Assembly: GCA_017413025.1 (NCBI GenBank)
Contig: JAFPVE010000021.1
Location: 77 to 64,076, forward strand
Length of the DNA: 64,000 bases
Source of the DNA: Acetobacter sp.
Lineage (GTDB): Bacteria > Pseudomonadota > Alphaproteobacteria > Acetobacterales > Acetobacteraceae
Reading direction: 5' to 3'
Shown: positions 31,084-45,189 of the stretch, piece by piece
Layout of the letters: every line of letters begins with the position of its first letter
Numbering within the stretch: the first letter of the stretch is position 1
Translations under genes and position numbers: made by a program
Notes under the pieces: model-generated
Databases searched by the model: none
What the model was told of the DNA's origin: nothing
The model's input: the letters and a program-made list of their open reading frames with translations, nothing else

Positions 31084-32436
31084 TTGCTTGCTAGTCTCTT
31101 TGAAATAAAACAAATGGTACATATTCACTCACTCAAAAACAACCAATATTCACAACCATGGCGACAAGGTTATTATGCCGCACTTGATATTGGTTCTACA
31201 AAAATAATCTGCCTTATTGGCAAAGGAAAAACCAACGGTATCTTGCACGTAGAAGGCTATGGTTGGTGTCAATCAGCGGGCATACGTCACGGCGCAATAA
31301 CAGATTTACGCGCCGCCGAAGCTGCTATCTGTCATGCTATTGCAGAAGCAGAAGAAATGGCAGCACGTTCTATTGATCGTATTATTATTAATCTACCGTG
31401 CGGACATCCTATTAGCCGCCTATTCAACATCCGTTATCCTGTTGGTAGACGTGTTGTGAACAGTACAGATCTCAAACGTATATTTGCGGCAGCTTGTAAA
31501 CAAGCAGCAACAAAAAATCGTAAAATTGTCCATGTATTGCCCGTTGATTTTATCATCGACGATACAGAATGTGTTCTTGACCCAAGAGGATATTTATGTG
31601 AAGTTCTTAACGCACGTATCCATATTATTGATGCAGTAGAAACTTCCATTGCCAATCTTAAAACACTTATATCACGTATCGGTTTAAAAGTAGAAGAAGT
31701 TGTTGTCTCATCTTTAGCCTCTAGTTTTTCGATATTAGACGCCGACGAATTATCTCATGGCGTTACTGTTATAGAGATAGGTGGCGACACAACATCGTTG
31801 GCTCTGTTTGCTGAAGGACATGTTCTCCACACAAGCTCCATTAATATTGGTGGAACACATATTACTTACGATATTGCCAATAGATTAAATACATCAACCA
31901 TCGACGAAGCAGAACGTATTAAAACTCTCTTTGGAAGTGCAGAACTAACAACTCAAATAGAACAAGAAATAATTCCTGTTGAATTATGCGGCAACAATTT
32001 CCCCCATTTAGAATATATTTCACGAGCAGATCTTTGTCGCATTATTCTCCCACAAGTAGAAAGAATTTTTAAACAACTACGAGAACAACTTGATAACATC
32101 AACTATACGAAAACGGCGAATAAACGAATCGTTATTACAGGAGGAGGAGCACTTCTCGATAATGTTTCTTTGATTGCTGAACAGGTTATGGGAGTTCGTG
32201 TTTTCACACCTTATGGTTCTAGCGATTCAAGTCTCAGCCCATGCTCCATTAGATTAGGGTATCCAAAACGAATTAGTGGTATTTCTCGTGAAAATAAAGC
32301 TATTTTTTCAACAGCAACAGGATTACTCAAATGGACTATGAGTACCTCCTCACCATTTAGTGGAATAAAATTTCGTAAAAATCAGCCGACAAACCCGTTA
32401 CAAAGACTTGTTTCTGTCATCAGAAAAGATCTATAA
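31084..32436 (+). CDS. ftsA: Cell division protein FtsA
   Basis: ALDIGSTKI, IEIGGDTT, IGGTHITYDIA, ITGGGALL; ATG at 31114 is an alternative start. Confidence 0.94.
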   Translation: MLASLFEIKQMVHIHSLKNNQYSQPWRQGYYAALDIGSTKIICLIGKGKTNGILHVEGYGWCQSAGIRHGAITDLRAAEAAICHAIAEAEEMAARSIDRIIINLPCGHPISRLFNIRYPVGRRVVNSTDLKRIFAAACKQAATKNRKIVHVLPVDFIIDDTECVLDPRGYLCEVLNARIHIIDAVETSIANLKTLISRIGLKVEEVVVSSLASSFSILDADELSHGVTVIEIGGDTTSLALFAEGHVLHTSSINIGGTHITYDIANRLNTSTIDEAERIKTLFGSAELTTQIEQEIIPVELCGNNFPHLEYISRADLCRIILPQVERIFKQLREQLDNINYTKTANKRIVITGGGALLDNVSLIAEQVMGVRVFTPYGSSDSSLSPCSIRLGYPKRISGISRENKAIFSTATGLLKWTMSTSSPFSGIKFRKNQPTNPLQRLVSVIRKDL

Positions 32437-32539
32437 AAACATTGTAAAATATGTTTTTTTATATATACTTATGGCATTCTTTACAGTGCTTTCTTATATT
32501 TTGTTCATTTAAACCTAAAAGAGTTCTGGAGCCGCAACC

Positions 32540-34057
32540 ATGACACTCAACCTGACTATTCCGCCTCAAGTGCATTCAGATTTTTCTCCCAAAATAGCCG
32601 TTATTGGTGTTGGAGGAGGAGGTGTAAACGCTGTCGACAATATGATTTCCTCTCATTTAGAGGGCGTTGATTTTGTTGTTGCCAATACAGATGCTCAAAG
32701 TCTCAGTCGTAGCTTAGCAGAAAACCGTATTCAGCTCGGACCACATCTCACTCACGGGTTAGGAGCAGGAGCAAAACCAGAAGTTGGTCGTGCGGCAGCT
32801 GAAGAAGCTGCTGACGAAATTGCACGTCATCTGGAAGGTCTGAATATGGTCTTTATTACAACAGGCATGGGAGGCGGCACAGGAACAGGTGCAGCACCTG
32901 TCATTGCTCGTATGGCACGAGAACGTAACATCCTCACTGTTGGTGTTGTCACAAGACCTTTCACTTTTGAAGGAAAACGTCGCGCTAAAGTCGCAGAAGA
33001 AGGTATTAAAGACCTTCAACAATATGTTGATACGCTCATTATCATTCCTAATGAAAATCTTTTTCGTATTATTACTGAACAGACGACTTTTAGTGAGTCC
33101 TTTAAACTAGTTGATAATGTATTAAATATAGGTATCCGCGGTATCACAGATTTAATAATGCGACCAGGTTATGTTAATCTTGATTTTGCAGATATTCGTA
33201 GTGTCATGCTTGAAATGGGCAAAGCTGTTATGGGCACAGGCGAAGCAGAGGGTGAAAACCGTGCTATTGCAGCAGCAGAAGAAGCCATTTCAAACCCTCT
33301 TTTAGAAGATACTTGTATGACGACGGCAAAAGGGCTTCTAATTAACGTCACTGGCGGTCATGATATGACGCTTATCGAAGTAGACGAAGCAGTTAAACGC
33401 GTTAGTAGTGAAGTCCAAGAAGAAGAGGCTCTTATCATCTTTGGTCACGTCATTGATGAAGAAATGGACGGTCGCATACGTGTCTCTGTTGTAGCTGCTG
33501 GTATGAATTCCTCACCAGAGATTCCAGATACCCATCACCTACCCTCTGTTGAGAATGAAGTATTATCTCCCCCAACAGAACCTTCCTTACAGGGAAAGAC
33601 TCAAAAAACAGATTCCGTTTCTGTAACACTACCTTCTCCCACAAACGCTCATCCTACTCCTGTCTCTTCAAGGTCTGCACAAACTTCCTCTTTCCCTATT
33701 ATGGAAGAGGAAACAACGGCGCCACCCCCAAATTCAATTCCTAGGCAGCACATACCTCCTCAACATTTTTCTTCTGCACAACCACAAACTCCATCAGTCC
33801 AAAAACATCCACTTTTCACTGAACAGCCTCGCTCTTCATCTCCCCACCATCAACTACGTGCACAACATACAACAACACCACGTACTGGTTTGTTCACACG
33901 TATAAACCCTTTCCGTCGTCATTCTGACAATACTCAACAGGAGACAATCACTCAACCTCAATCAACTTCTAGCACTGTAAAAAGTCGTGACGATCGCAAT
34001 TATAATAGAGAACATGAACTCGAAATTCCACCGTTTCTACGTCGTGATGAATATTAA
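32540..34057 (+). CDS. ftsZ: Cell division GTPase with long linker
   Basis: [25 protein letters not shown]; C-terminal peptide LEIPPFLRR. Confidence 0.98.
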   Translation: MTLNLTIPPQVHSDFSPKIAVIGVGGGGVNAVDNMISSHLEGVDFVVANTDAQSLSRSLAENRIQLGPHLTHGLGAGAKPEVGRAAAEEAADEIARHLEGLNMVFITTGMGGGTGTGAAPVIARMARERNILTVGVVTRPFTFEGKRRAKVAEEGIKDLQQYVDTLIIIPNENLFRIITEQTTFSESFKLVDNVLNIGIRGITDLIMRPGYVNLDFADIRSVMLEMGKAVMGTGEAEGENRAIAAAEEAISNPLLEDTCMTTAKGLLINVTGGHDMTLIEVDEAVKRVSSEVQEEEALIIFGHVIDEEMDGRIRVSVVAAGMNSSPEIPDTHHLPSVENEVLSPPTEPSLQGKTQKTDSVSVTLPSPTNAHPTPVSSRSAQTSSFPIMEEETTAPPPNSIPRQHIPPQHFSSAQPQTPSVQKHPLFTEQPRSSSPHHQLRAQHTTTPRTGLFTRINPFRRHSDNTQQETITQPQSTSSTVKSRDDRNYNREHELEIPPFLRRDEY

Positions 34058-34184
34058 ATGATTACGCGTATATTACAATCAAATTTAGAATACATTAATA
34101 ACTATTTTTGGGGAATTCGGTATTGTTTTATAAACCTTTTGCGGTGTACTCGTTTCAATATGTATTAATAAGGTCGTCGCAAGT

Positions 34185-35057
34185 TTGATATCGTGCATGC
34201 AACATACAATTTGCCAAACTATTTCAGCAACAGGGATTGGATTACATACAGGTCGAACCGTTCATATTTGTCTAAAACCTGCTGATGTTGGGTGTGGCGT
34301 TGTATTTCAGCGTACTGATTTACCGCGAGCAGCGCCTATACCCGCGTTATATAGTCATACTATTGATACAAAATTAAGCACAGTATTAGGAGAAAAAAAC
34401 AATTCTGAAAACCGTATTGCGACGATTGAGCATCTTATGGCTGCGTTGTATGGCTGTGGTATTGATAATATCCTTGTCTTAATTGACGGTCCGGAAATAC
34501 CTATTTTTGATGGTTCTTCATCCCATTTTGTTTCTCTTCTTGAAGATGCTGGACGTCAACAACAAAATGCATATCGTAAAGTTATTAAAATTCTTAAACC
34601 CGTTTGTGTCAAACAGGGAGACTTTTTTGCTAAGCTCTTACCCAATCCGACTTTTGGATTATCGCTATCTATGACTATTGACTTTGCTGCCCGTGCTATT
34701 GGACAACAAACATATCACATCAATCTTACTCCAGACACTTTCAAAACCGAACTTTCATTTAATAGAACTTTTGCACTCTTAGAAGAAATTGATACTTTAC
34801 GTCAAATGGGATTAGCGCGTGGAGGGTCTTTTGAAAACGCTATTATTGTTGATGATAACCGTATTCTTAACTCTCATGGGTTACGAGAGCCCAATGAATT
34901 TGTTCGTCACAAAATGTTAGATGCTATAGGCGACCTTTATCTTGCAGGCAATTTCTTACAAGCACGTTTTTATGGTCATTGTTCGGGTCATACACTCAAT
35001 AACCGACTTCTTCAAAAACTTTTTTCTTGCACAACAGCATGGAAAAACGACATATAG
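34185..35057 (+). CDS. lpxC: UDP-3-O-acyl-GlcNAc deacetylase
   Basis: GIGLHTG, TIEHLMAAL, EIPIFDGSS, HKMLDAIGDL; ATG at 34197 is an alternative start. Confidence 0.96.
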   Translation: MISCMQHTICQTISATGIGLHTGRTVHICLKPADVGCGVVFQRTDLPRAAPIPALYSHTIDTKLSTVLGEKNNSENRIATIEHLMAALYGCGIDNILVLIDGPEIPIFDGSSSHFVSLLEDAGRQQQNAYRKVIKILKPVCVKQGDFFAKLLPNPTFGLSLSMTIDFAARAIGQQTYHINLTPDTFKTELSFNRTFALLEEIDTLRQMGLARGGSFENAIIVDDNRILNSHGLREPNEFVRHKMLDAIGDLYLAGNFLQARFYGHCSGHTLNNRLLQKLFSCTTAWKNDI

Positions 35058-36154
35058 TTAGTAATTGCCCATTTCCTTATAATTACGATATTTTTTACTT
35101 TTGTTATCATTGCTTGCTTACTAAAACTTTTTCCAAAAGAATCAACTTGTCTTATTTTTCTATAAAACACTTCTCACTCTACCGTATTTTTTCTTGGATA
35201 CTCGCGACAGCGTTTTCAGTAGGTCTTGGTGGCTGTAGCGCTATTCAAGGCGATCAATCTTCAATTCGTCCTAAAATTGCCCCTCCTGAGATTATGTATA
35301 ATGACGGTATCGATGCTTTACAAACACTTCGTTTTGAATTAGCAGTACGTGAGTTTGAAAGCCTCCAACAGAATTTTCCATATTCAGGATATGTAGCCAG
35401 TGCACAGATAATGGAAAGCTATGCTTACTATCTCCAAAGGAAATACCCTGAAGCTGTACAGCAAATCAACCGCTTTATCGGCTTGCATCCAACCAGTCAA
35501 GATATTGCTTACGCCTATTATTTACGTGCTTTATGTTTTTATGAACAAATATCTGATGTCCAACGTGATCAACGAGGAACATTAGAAGCTATGAATGCTC
35601 TTGAAGAGGTCGTTATTCGATACCCACAAACAAAATATGCACGAGATGCACAGCTTAAAATTGCTCTCTGTCGTGATCACCTTGCCGGGAAAGAAATGTC
35701 TATAGGACGTTATTATCAACAGAGACATAATTATGGTGCTGCCATTAACCGTTACCAACGCGTTGTTCAAGATTTTCAAACGACCAATCATGTAGCAGAA
35801 GCATTAGAACGTATGGTCGAATCTTACCTCGATCTTGGTTTGGTAGAACAAGCACGTAAATCTGCAGAAGTATTAGGCTATAACTATCCTAATAGTAAGT
35901 GGTATCGTTATGCCTATACGCTTCTAAAAGACCATAATCTACTCGGTACAAATTTACATCTTCCAGGTAAACTCATTACAGAATCAAACGCAGTATTAGC
36001 CCCCCCCCCTGTCTCTATTAGGAAAGGTACTGCTCTAGCCCCCAATACCCTCTCTGCTACCCCTTCCACCATAAAAAAGCAGAAACCTGTTACGATTAAA
36101 AAAGCACCTATTGGCCCTGTTAAAACAGAATCTATACCAAAGATCTCACGATAA
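35027..36154 (+). CDS. bamD: Outer membrane protein assembly lipoprotein
   Basis: Lipobox LGGC, TPR repeats (FPYS, HPTS...AYAYYLR, RDQ, DHLAGKEM.IGRYY); lpxC-bamD-recN synteny; true start probably downstream of 35027. Confidence 0.92.
   Translation: MHNSMEKRHIVSNCPFPYNYDIFYFCYHCLLTKTFSKRINLSYFSIKHFSLYRIFSWILATAFSVGLGGCSAIQGDQSSIRPKIAPPEIMYNDGIDALQTLRFELAVREFESLQQNFPYSGYVASAQIMESYAYYLQRKYPEAVQQINRFIGLHPTSQDIAYAYYLRALCFYEQISDVQRDQRGTLEAMNALEEVVIRYPQTKYARDAQLKIALCRDHLAGKEMSIGRYYQQRHNYGAAINRYQRVVQDFQTTNHVAEALERMVESYLDLGLVEQARKSAEVLGYNYPNSKWYRYAYTLLKDHNLLGTNLHLPGKLITESNAVLAPPPVSIRKGTALAPNTLSATPSTIKKQKPVTIKKAPIGPVKTESIPKISR
36000..36009 (+). repeat. C10 homopolymer in the bamD 3' extension
   Basis: GTATTAG-CCCCCCCCCC-TGTCTC, encoding Ala-Pro-Pro-Pro. 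Confidence 0.9.
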
Positions 36155-36447
36155 AGACCTACTCTATCTATAGAATTCTTTCCTTTCTATTATACACTCG
36201 CTTTTATTCCAGCATTGACATACCTTTCGGAAAATACGTTACAAACATCAACTTTAGTTATTCTAAACAATAAAAAACATTAAAAATAGAGTGTTAGCAA
36301 CCTAATAACATTTCACAAATCTCACTTACAAACATGATCAGACAATAAACAAAGTTTTCTTTATCAAAATGCATATAACTTTGATATTTTTCTTATTTCT
36401 CTGCTATATCTGTACTTTAAAAAACTCTAAAATTTTAGAATAGTTCT

Positions 36448-40268
<3,821 letters not shown>

Positions 40269-40394
40269 CATTCAATATGTTCAAAAACTGAAAATTATTC
40301 GACTCACTGTTTAATATCTGCTATTCTGCTAAAATTAGAGACTATCTTAAATCTGGTAATCTCACTCATTAAATAACAGGATGAAACAACAAAT

Positions 40395-43058
40395 ATGACG
40401 ACCAAGTGGATTTATAGTTTCGATAAAGAACAAAGTGAAGGGAACGCACAAATGCGTAATCTTCTTGGCGGAAAAGGTGCTAATTTAGCCGAAATGGCTA
40501 ATATCGGTCTCCCTGTACCCCCTGGCTTCACGATTACAACTGAAGTCTGCACCGCCTTTTATGAAAACGGAAGACAATATCCTCCTGGGCTTGAAAAGCA
40601 ACTTGAGGAAGCTCTTTATAAGGTTGAAACCCGTATGGGTTTACGTTTTGGTGATCCTAAAAACCCGCTGTTAGTCTCTGTTCGTTCTGGTGCGCGCGTC
40701 TCTATGCCGGGTATGATGGACACAGTACTTAATCTAGGTTTAAACGATAGTACTGTTGAAGGATTAGCTCAATCATCTGGTGACGCGCGTTTTGCATGGG
40801 ATAGTTATCGTCGTTTTATTCAGATGTATGGCTCTGTTGTTTTGAATGTTCCCCATCATTATTTTGAAGATTTTCTCGAACAAAATAAACGTGATATTAA
40901 AAAGGAAGACGACACGGATCTTACTGCCGAAGAGTGGCAAAAAATTGTTGCCGGTTACAAGCAAATTGTCGAAAAAGAAACAGGCGTTGCCTTTCCTGAA
41001 AATCCGAAAGATCAATTGTGGGGAGCTATTGGAGCTGTATTTGGTTCGTGGATGAACCCTCGCGCCAACACTTATCGCAAGTTACACGACATTCCTGTTA
41101 CGTGGGGTACAGCTGTCAATGTGCAATCTATGGTTTTTGGTAATAAAGGTAATGATTGTGCTACAGGTGTTTGTTTTACGAGAGATCCTTCTACAGGCGA
41201 AAATATTTTCTATGGTGAGTACCTTATTAACGCTCAAGGCGAAGATGTCGTTGCTGGTATCCGGACACCACAGCCTATGGCTGAAAGTCGTGCAAAAGAT
41301 GGACAAGTGTCTATGGAAAAGGCAATGCCCAATGCTTATAAAGAACTACTTAAAGTACGTGAAACTTTAGAGCGTCATTACCGTGATATGCAAGATATTG
41401 AATTCACGGTTGAAGCAAATACGTTATACCTGCTTCAAACTCGGACTGGAAAACGTACTGCAGCAGCAGCTCTTCGTATTGCTGTAGATATGGCTAAAGA
41501 AGGTTTAATTACGCAAGAAGAAGCTGTCACACGTATATCACCTACTTCACTTGATCAACTTTTACACCCCGTCCTTGATCCAACGGCCAAGTGTCAAGTT
41601 CTAACGCATGGGTTACCTGCATCGCCTGGAGCTGCAACAGGTGTCATTGCCTTTTCTGCAGAAGATGTAGAAGATCGTGCAGCCAAAGGTGAAGAGGTTA
41701 TTCTCGTTCGTGTTGAAACATCACCTGAAGATGTACACGGTATGCATGCAGCACGTGGTGTTTTAACAACACGTGGTGGTATGACATCTCACGCAGCGGT
41801 GGTTGCGCGAGGTATGGGGCGTGTATGTGTTGCAGGTGCAGGAAATATTGTGATTGACTATGCTAAACAAACTATGACGGTCGCAGGCCATACCCTTGTA
41901 GCAGGAGATTGGATTACGCTTGACGGAAGCACAGGAACTGTCTACGGTGGTCGTGTTCCAACAATTCCGCCAACACTATCTGATGATTTTACCACACTGA
42001 TGAAATGGGCTGATTCTGTGCGACGTTTAGGTGTACGTGCAAACGCAGAGACACCTGATGACGCAAAGATGGCACGGAGTTTTGGTGCAGAGGGTATCGG
42101 TTTATGTCGTACAGAGCATATGTTCTTTGGTCCGGATCGTATTGGTCATGTTCGTCAAATGATTATGGCTGATACAGATGACAGTCGTGCAAAAGCTATT
42201 AATGCTTTACTCCCTTTCCAACGCGCAGACTTCTCGGATTTATTCCGTATTATGGTGGGTCTACCTGTTACGATTCGTTTACTCGATCCCCCTTTACATG
42301 AGTTTCTACCCCATGGTGAAAATGAACTTAGAGATGTCGCAAAAGCTTTAGGGAAAGATGTAGAAGTTTTACGAGCACGTCGTTTAGCTCTATCAGAAGC
42401 TAATCCTATGCTTGGTCATCGTGGATGTCGTCTTGGTATTAGCTACCCAGAGATTTATGCCATGCAAGTCCGTGCTATTATAGAAGCCGCGCTCGATATC
42501 TCATACGAAACCAAACAAGCTGTCATTCCTGAAATTATGATTCCTCTTGTTGGTATGAAGCAAGAACTTGATCTCTTACGTCAATCTTGCGAAAAAGTTA
42601 TTTCGCTAGTGTTATCTGAACGCAAAGCAACATTGGATTATAAAATCGGTACCATGATTGAACTTCCTCGTGCAGCGATCACAGCAGATCAAATTGCTCA
42701 AAGTGCTGACTTCTTTTCGTTTGGCACCAACGATCTAACACAAACAACATTAGGTGTTTCTCGTGATGATGCAGGATCATTCCTACCCGAATATGTTGAA
42801 AAGGGGCTATTACCACAAGATCCATTCGTTTCTATCGATCGTGAAGGTGTTGGTGCTCTTGTGCGCATGGGTGTTGAAAAAAGTCGTTCTGTTAAAGATA
42901 ACCTCAAAATAGGTATCTGCGGTGAACATGGTGGTGACCCTCTCTCTATTTCGTTTTTTGAAGAAGTAGGGCTGGATTATGTTTCATGCTCTCCTTTTAG
43001 GGTTCCTATCGCTCGTCTTGCAGCAGCACAGTCAGCACTTGCTACAAAGAACAAGTAA
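40395..43058 (+). CDS. ppdK: Pyruvate, phosphate dikinase
   Basis: LLGGKGANLAEM, SVRSGARVSMPGMMDT, GGMTSHAAVVARG, GIGLCRTEHMF, SFGTNDLTQ, GICGEHGG. Confidence 0.97.
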   Translation: MTTKWIYSFDKEQSEGNAQMRNLLGGKGANLAEMANIGLPVPPGFTITTEVCTAFYENGRQYPPGLEKQLEEALYKVETRMGLRFGDPKNPLLVSVRSGARVSMPGMMDTVLNLGLNDSTVEGLAQSSGDARFAWDSYRRFIQMYGSVVLNVPHHYFEDFLEQNKRDIKKEDDTDLTAEEWQKIVAGYKQIVEKETGVAFPENPKDQLWGAIGAVFGSWMNPRANTYRKLHDIPVTWGTAVNVQSMVFGNKGNDCATGVCFTRDPSTGENIFYGEYLINAQGEDVVAGIRTPQPMAESRAKDGQVSMEKAMPNAYKELLKVRETLERHYRDMQDIEFTVEANTLYLLQTRTGKRTAAAALRIAVDMAKEGLITQEEAVTRISPTSLDQLLHPVLDPTAKCQVLTHGLPASPGAATGVIAFSAEDVEDRAAKGEEVILVRVETSPEDVHGMHAARGVLTTRGGMTSHAAVVARGMGRVCVAGAGNIVIDYAKQTMTVAGHTLVAGDWITLDGSTGTVYGGRVPTIPPTLSDDFTTLMKWADSVRRLGVRANAETPDDAKMARSFGAEGIGLCRTEHMFFGPDRIGHVRQMIMADTDDSRAKAINALLPFQRADFSDLFRIMVGLPVTIRLLDPPLHEFLPHGENELRDVAKALGKDVEVLRARRLALSEANPMLGHRGCRLGISYPEIYAMQVRAIIEAALDISYETKQAVIPEIMIPLVGMKQELDLLRQSCEKVISLVLSERKATLDYKIGTMIELPRAAITADQIAQSADFFSFGTNDLTQTTLGVSRDDAGSFLPEYVEKGLLPQDPFVSIDREGVGALVRMGVEKSRSVKDNLKIGICGEHGGDPLSISFFEEVGLDYVSCSPFRVPIARLAAAQSALATKNK

Positions 43059-43145
43059 CTTAACGTTCTTTTTCACTTGCTAACTAAAAGCACGTAAAAT
43101 CTAATACAAAGGGGTTATGCTGGGGTATTTGTAACTAGAGTGAGA

Positions 43146-43163
43146 AGAGGGCATATGCCCTCT
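43146..43163. promoter_or_regulatory. Perfect 18-bp palindrome (operator, recombination site or hairpin)
   Basis: AGAGGGCATATGCCCTCT equals its own reverse complement; no adjacent U-tract. Confidence 0.5.
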
Positions 43164-43233
43164 CTTCATCTTGATTACTTTTTTGTATGTGAGATGTCAT
43201 TCCCTCATAAGGACTAAACAGGAGTTTTTTACT

Positions 43234-43684
43234 ATGTCCCAACATTATGGTTATACCCGTGAAGAGTCTATATCAGCAATTCCATTTCCATTTGCTCATG
43301 TTAAGGAATATAAGCCTAACAAGTGGTATATTAAATCTACTTGGGAACACGAACGCGATACACGAAATTATACATACACCACTTACACTACCAAGAACTT
43401 TGCTTACAAAGTCAACAAGGACGATAAAACAATCAGATACTCTGTCGGTGATATGGTTGAAAGACCAACTCCAAGAGTTATATGTCTATGAACGTTGGTG
43501 TAAGTCCAAGGTCAAACAAGAAGGTCATATTCTCATCAGGTCTGTTGATAAAGGTGATATAGAAGTTAAGACTTCTGATGTAAGACAGTCTATCTTACTA
43601 CAAACTTATGATTACAAAGATCCTTACGAAGTCGAAAAAACTTCTCTTCTAGAAAAGATAGCTCGTTTCTTCAATGGAAGATAG
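43234..43684 (+). pseudogene. ORFan, probably one gene of about 150 aa split by a +1 frameshift (or two overlapping small ORFs)
   Basis: CAGGAG SD and ATG at 43234, stop at 43491; the +1 frame stays open and protein-like to the stop at 43684 but has no SD-supported start; followed by a terminator. Confidence 0.45.
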
Positions 43685-43751
43685 TTATAGAAGTAGTAGT
43701 AACTGCCATAATAGGATTTTAGTAACCATAAACTTCAGACCATCAAAAGTT

Positions 43752-43787
43752 AAAATGACCGCTCTTGTTATAGAACGGTCATTTTTT
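43752..43787 (+). terminator. Probable intrinsic terminator closing the islet
   Basis: AAAATGACCG-CTCTTGTTATAGAA-CGGTCATTTTTT. Confidence 0.65.
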
Positions 43788-43809
43788 AATATCAATAAAC
43801 GAGGCACTC

Positions 43810-44652
43810 ATGAAAAAAACGCTTACTCTTCATCTTATATCAGAGGCGACCGGACAAACTCTTAACGCTGTAGCGCGTGCTTGTATTACCCAATTTCCTA
43901 ATACCACAATAAAACTCCGACACTGGAACCTTATTCGTACTTCTGCTCAACTTCAACGAGTCATCCATAACATTGCATTTGAACCTGGGCCTGTTATGTC
44001 CTCATTAATGGACCCTGTCTTACAAGCAGAGCTCAAAACAGGTTGTAATCATCTAGGTATTAGACTTCTCAACGTATTAGATAATGTTTTACTTTTTCTT
44101 ACTGAACAAACTGAAGAAGAGGCAACACTTCGCCCCGGTAGCCAGTATATCATGGATGAAAACTATCATCAGCGCATCGAGGCTATGCATTACGTAATCG
44201 CCCATGATGACGGACAACAAGTTAGCGGATTAGACGAAGCCGATGTTATTCTTATAGGAGTCTCGCGTGTATCAAAAACGCCAACATGTTTCTATCTAGC
44301 CAACCGTGGCATAAAGGCAGCCAATGTTCCCCTTATTATGGGAATCGAACTTCCCAAAAGCTTACTTACCACTCAAAAACCTGTGATTGGGCTTACTATC
44401 GACCCAGAACGTCTCGTCGAAATTCGACGTAGCCGCCTATCACAAATTACCCATGGAAAACATTACTCCACAACAGAGGATACTTACATTAATTTTGAAA
44501 AAGTTAAAGAAGAACTTCTTTGGGTACGCAAATTATGTCGACAACACCATTGGCCTATTATTGATGTTACACATCGATCTATTGAGGAATCCTCTACCGT
44601 TATCCTTGATATTCTCGAAAGTCACTCAGAAAACACTAAAAAATCAGAATAA
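43810..44652 (+). CDS. PPDK/PEP synthase regulatory protein (DUF299 kinase-pyrophosphorylase)
   Basis: HLISEATGQT, RIEAMHYVIAHDDG, IGVSRVSKTP, GLTIDPERL.EIR, IDVT..SIEE. Confidence 0.93.
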   Translation: MKKTLTLHLISEATGQTLNAVARACITQFPNTTIKLRHWNLIRTSAQLQRVIHNIAFEPGPVMSSLMDPVLQAELKTGCNHLGIRLLNVLDNVLLFLTEQTEEEATLRPGSQYIMDENYHQRIEAMHYVIAHDDGQQVSGLDEADVILIGVSRVSKTPTCFYLANRGIKAANVPLIMGIELPKSLLTTQKPVIGLTIDPERLVEIRRSRLSQITHGKHYSTTEDTYINFEKVKEELLWVRKLCRQHHWPIIDVTHRSIEESSTVILDILESHSENTKKSE

Positions 44653-44674
44653 AACTAACTTTAAGATAGAATTG

Positions 44675-45055
44675 TCAGTTTCTTATTTCTGAACTTGTCA
44701 AATGCTGTACACGGATAGCTTTTCCTTGTGCATTGTAGTAAATAATACTTCCGCCACGACGCTGAGCATAGCCATCTGGCCTACCGTCTGGTGTCCAAAA
44801 AAGCAATCGATTGCTATCTGCTTGTATTTGCAACTTATCACCCGGTGGACGGAAACGGTATTGACTAAAATCCTTATGCGCACGTGGAAGAGGCGGCTTT
44901 TCTGCCAAACGATGCATTAAAGCCGGATTAATCACATCAGCATCGTTTTTATTATCAAACAAGCCTCTTGCAAAAACATTTGTTACTGACATAAAAAAAG
45001 CCACTATACAAAAACTGATCTTCTGTACCATTGAAAATTTATTGTGTTGTTGCAT
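44675..45055 (-). CDS. Hypothetical exported protein
   Basis: 126-aa ORF with signal-peptide-like N-terminus (ending VFA). Confidence 0.65.
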   Translation of the reverse strand: MQQHNKFSMVQKISFCIVAFFMSVTNVFARGLFDNKNDADVINPALMHRLAEKPPLPRAHKDFSQYRFRPPGDKLQIQADSNRLLFWTPDGRPDGYAQRRGGSIIYYNAQGKAIRVQHLTSSEIRN

Positions 45056-45189
45056 TTTCCTACCTTTAATTCTTTGTTATTTTTTTAATAAAACATAACT
45101 CTATATATCTTATTGTAATCTAATAAGCAAAGAATTTACAATCACCGTTTACTCTTTCTATAACAAAAAACTATTTGGTATTATATTCT

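Noticed and set aside
36155-36447. LexA box upstream of recN
   Set aside because: No GTTC-N7-GTTC or GAAC-N7-GAAC repeat found; only a single GTTC.
43059-43809. oriC upstream of the DUF299 gene, as in Caulobacter
   Set aside because: No DnaA boxes (TTATCCACA) seen, and no hemE, maf or aroE neighbours.
43674-43865. 63-aa ORF
   Set aside because: It crosses the terminator and overlaps the regulator gene out of frame, with no SD.
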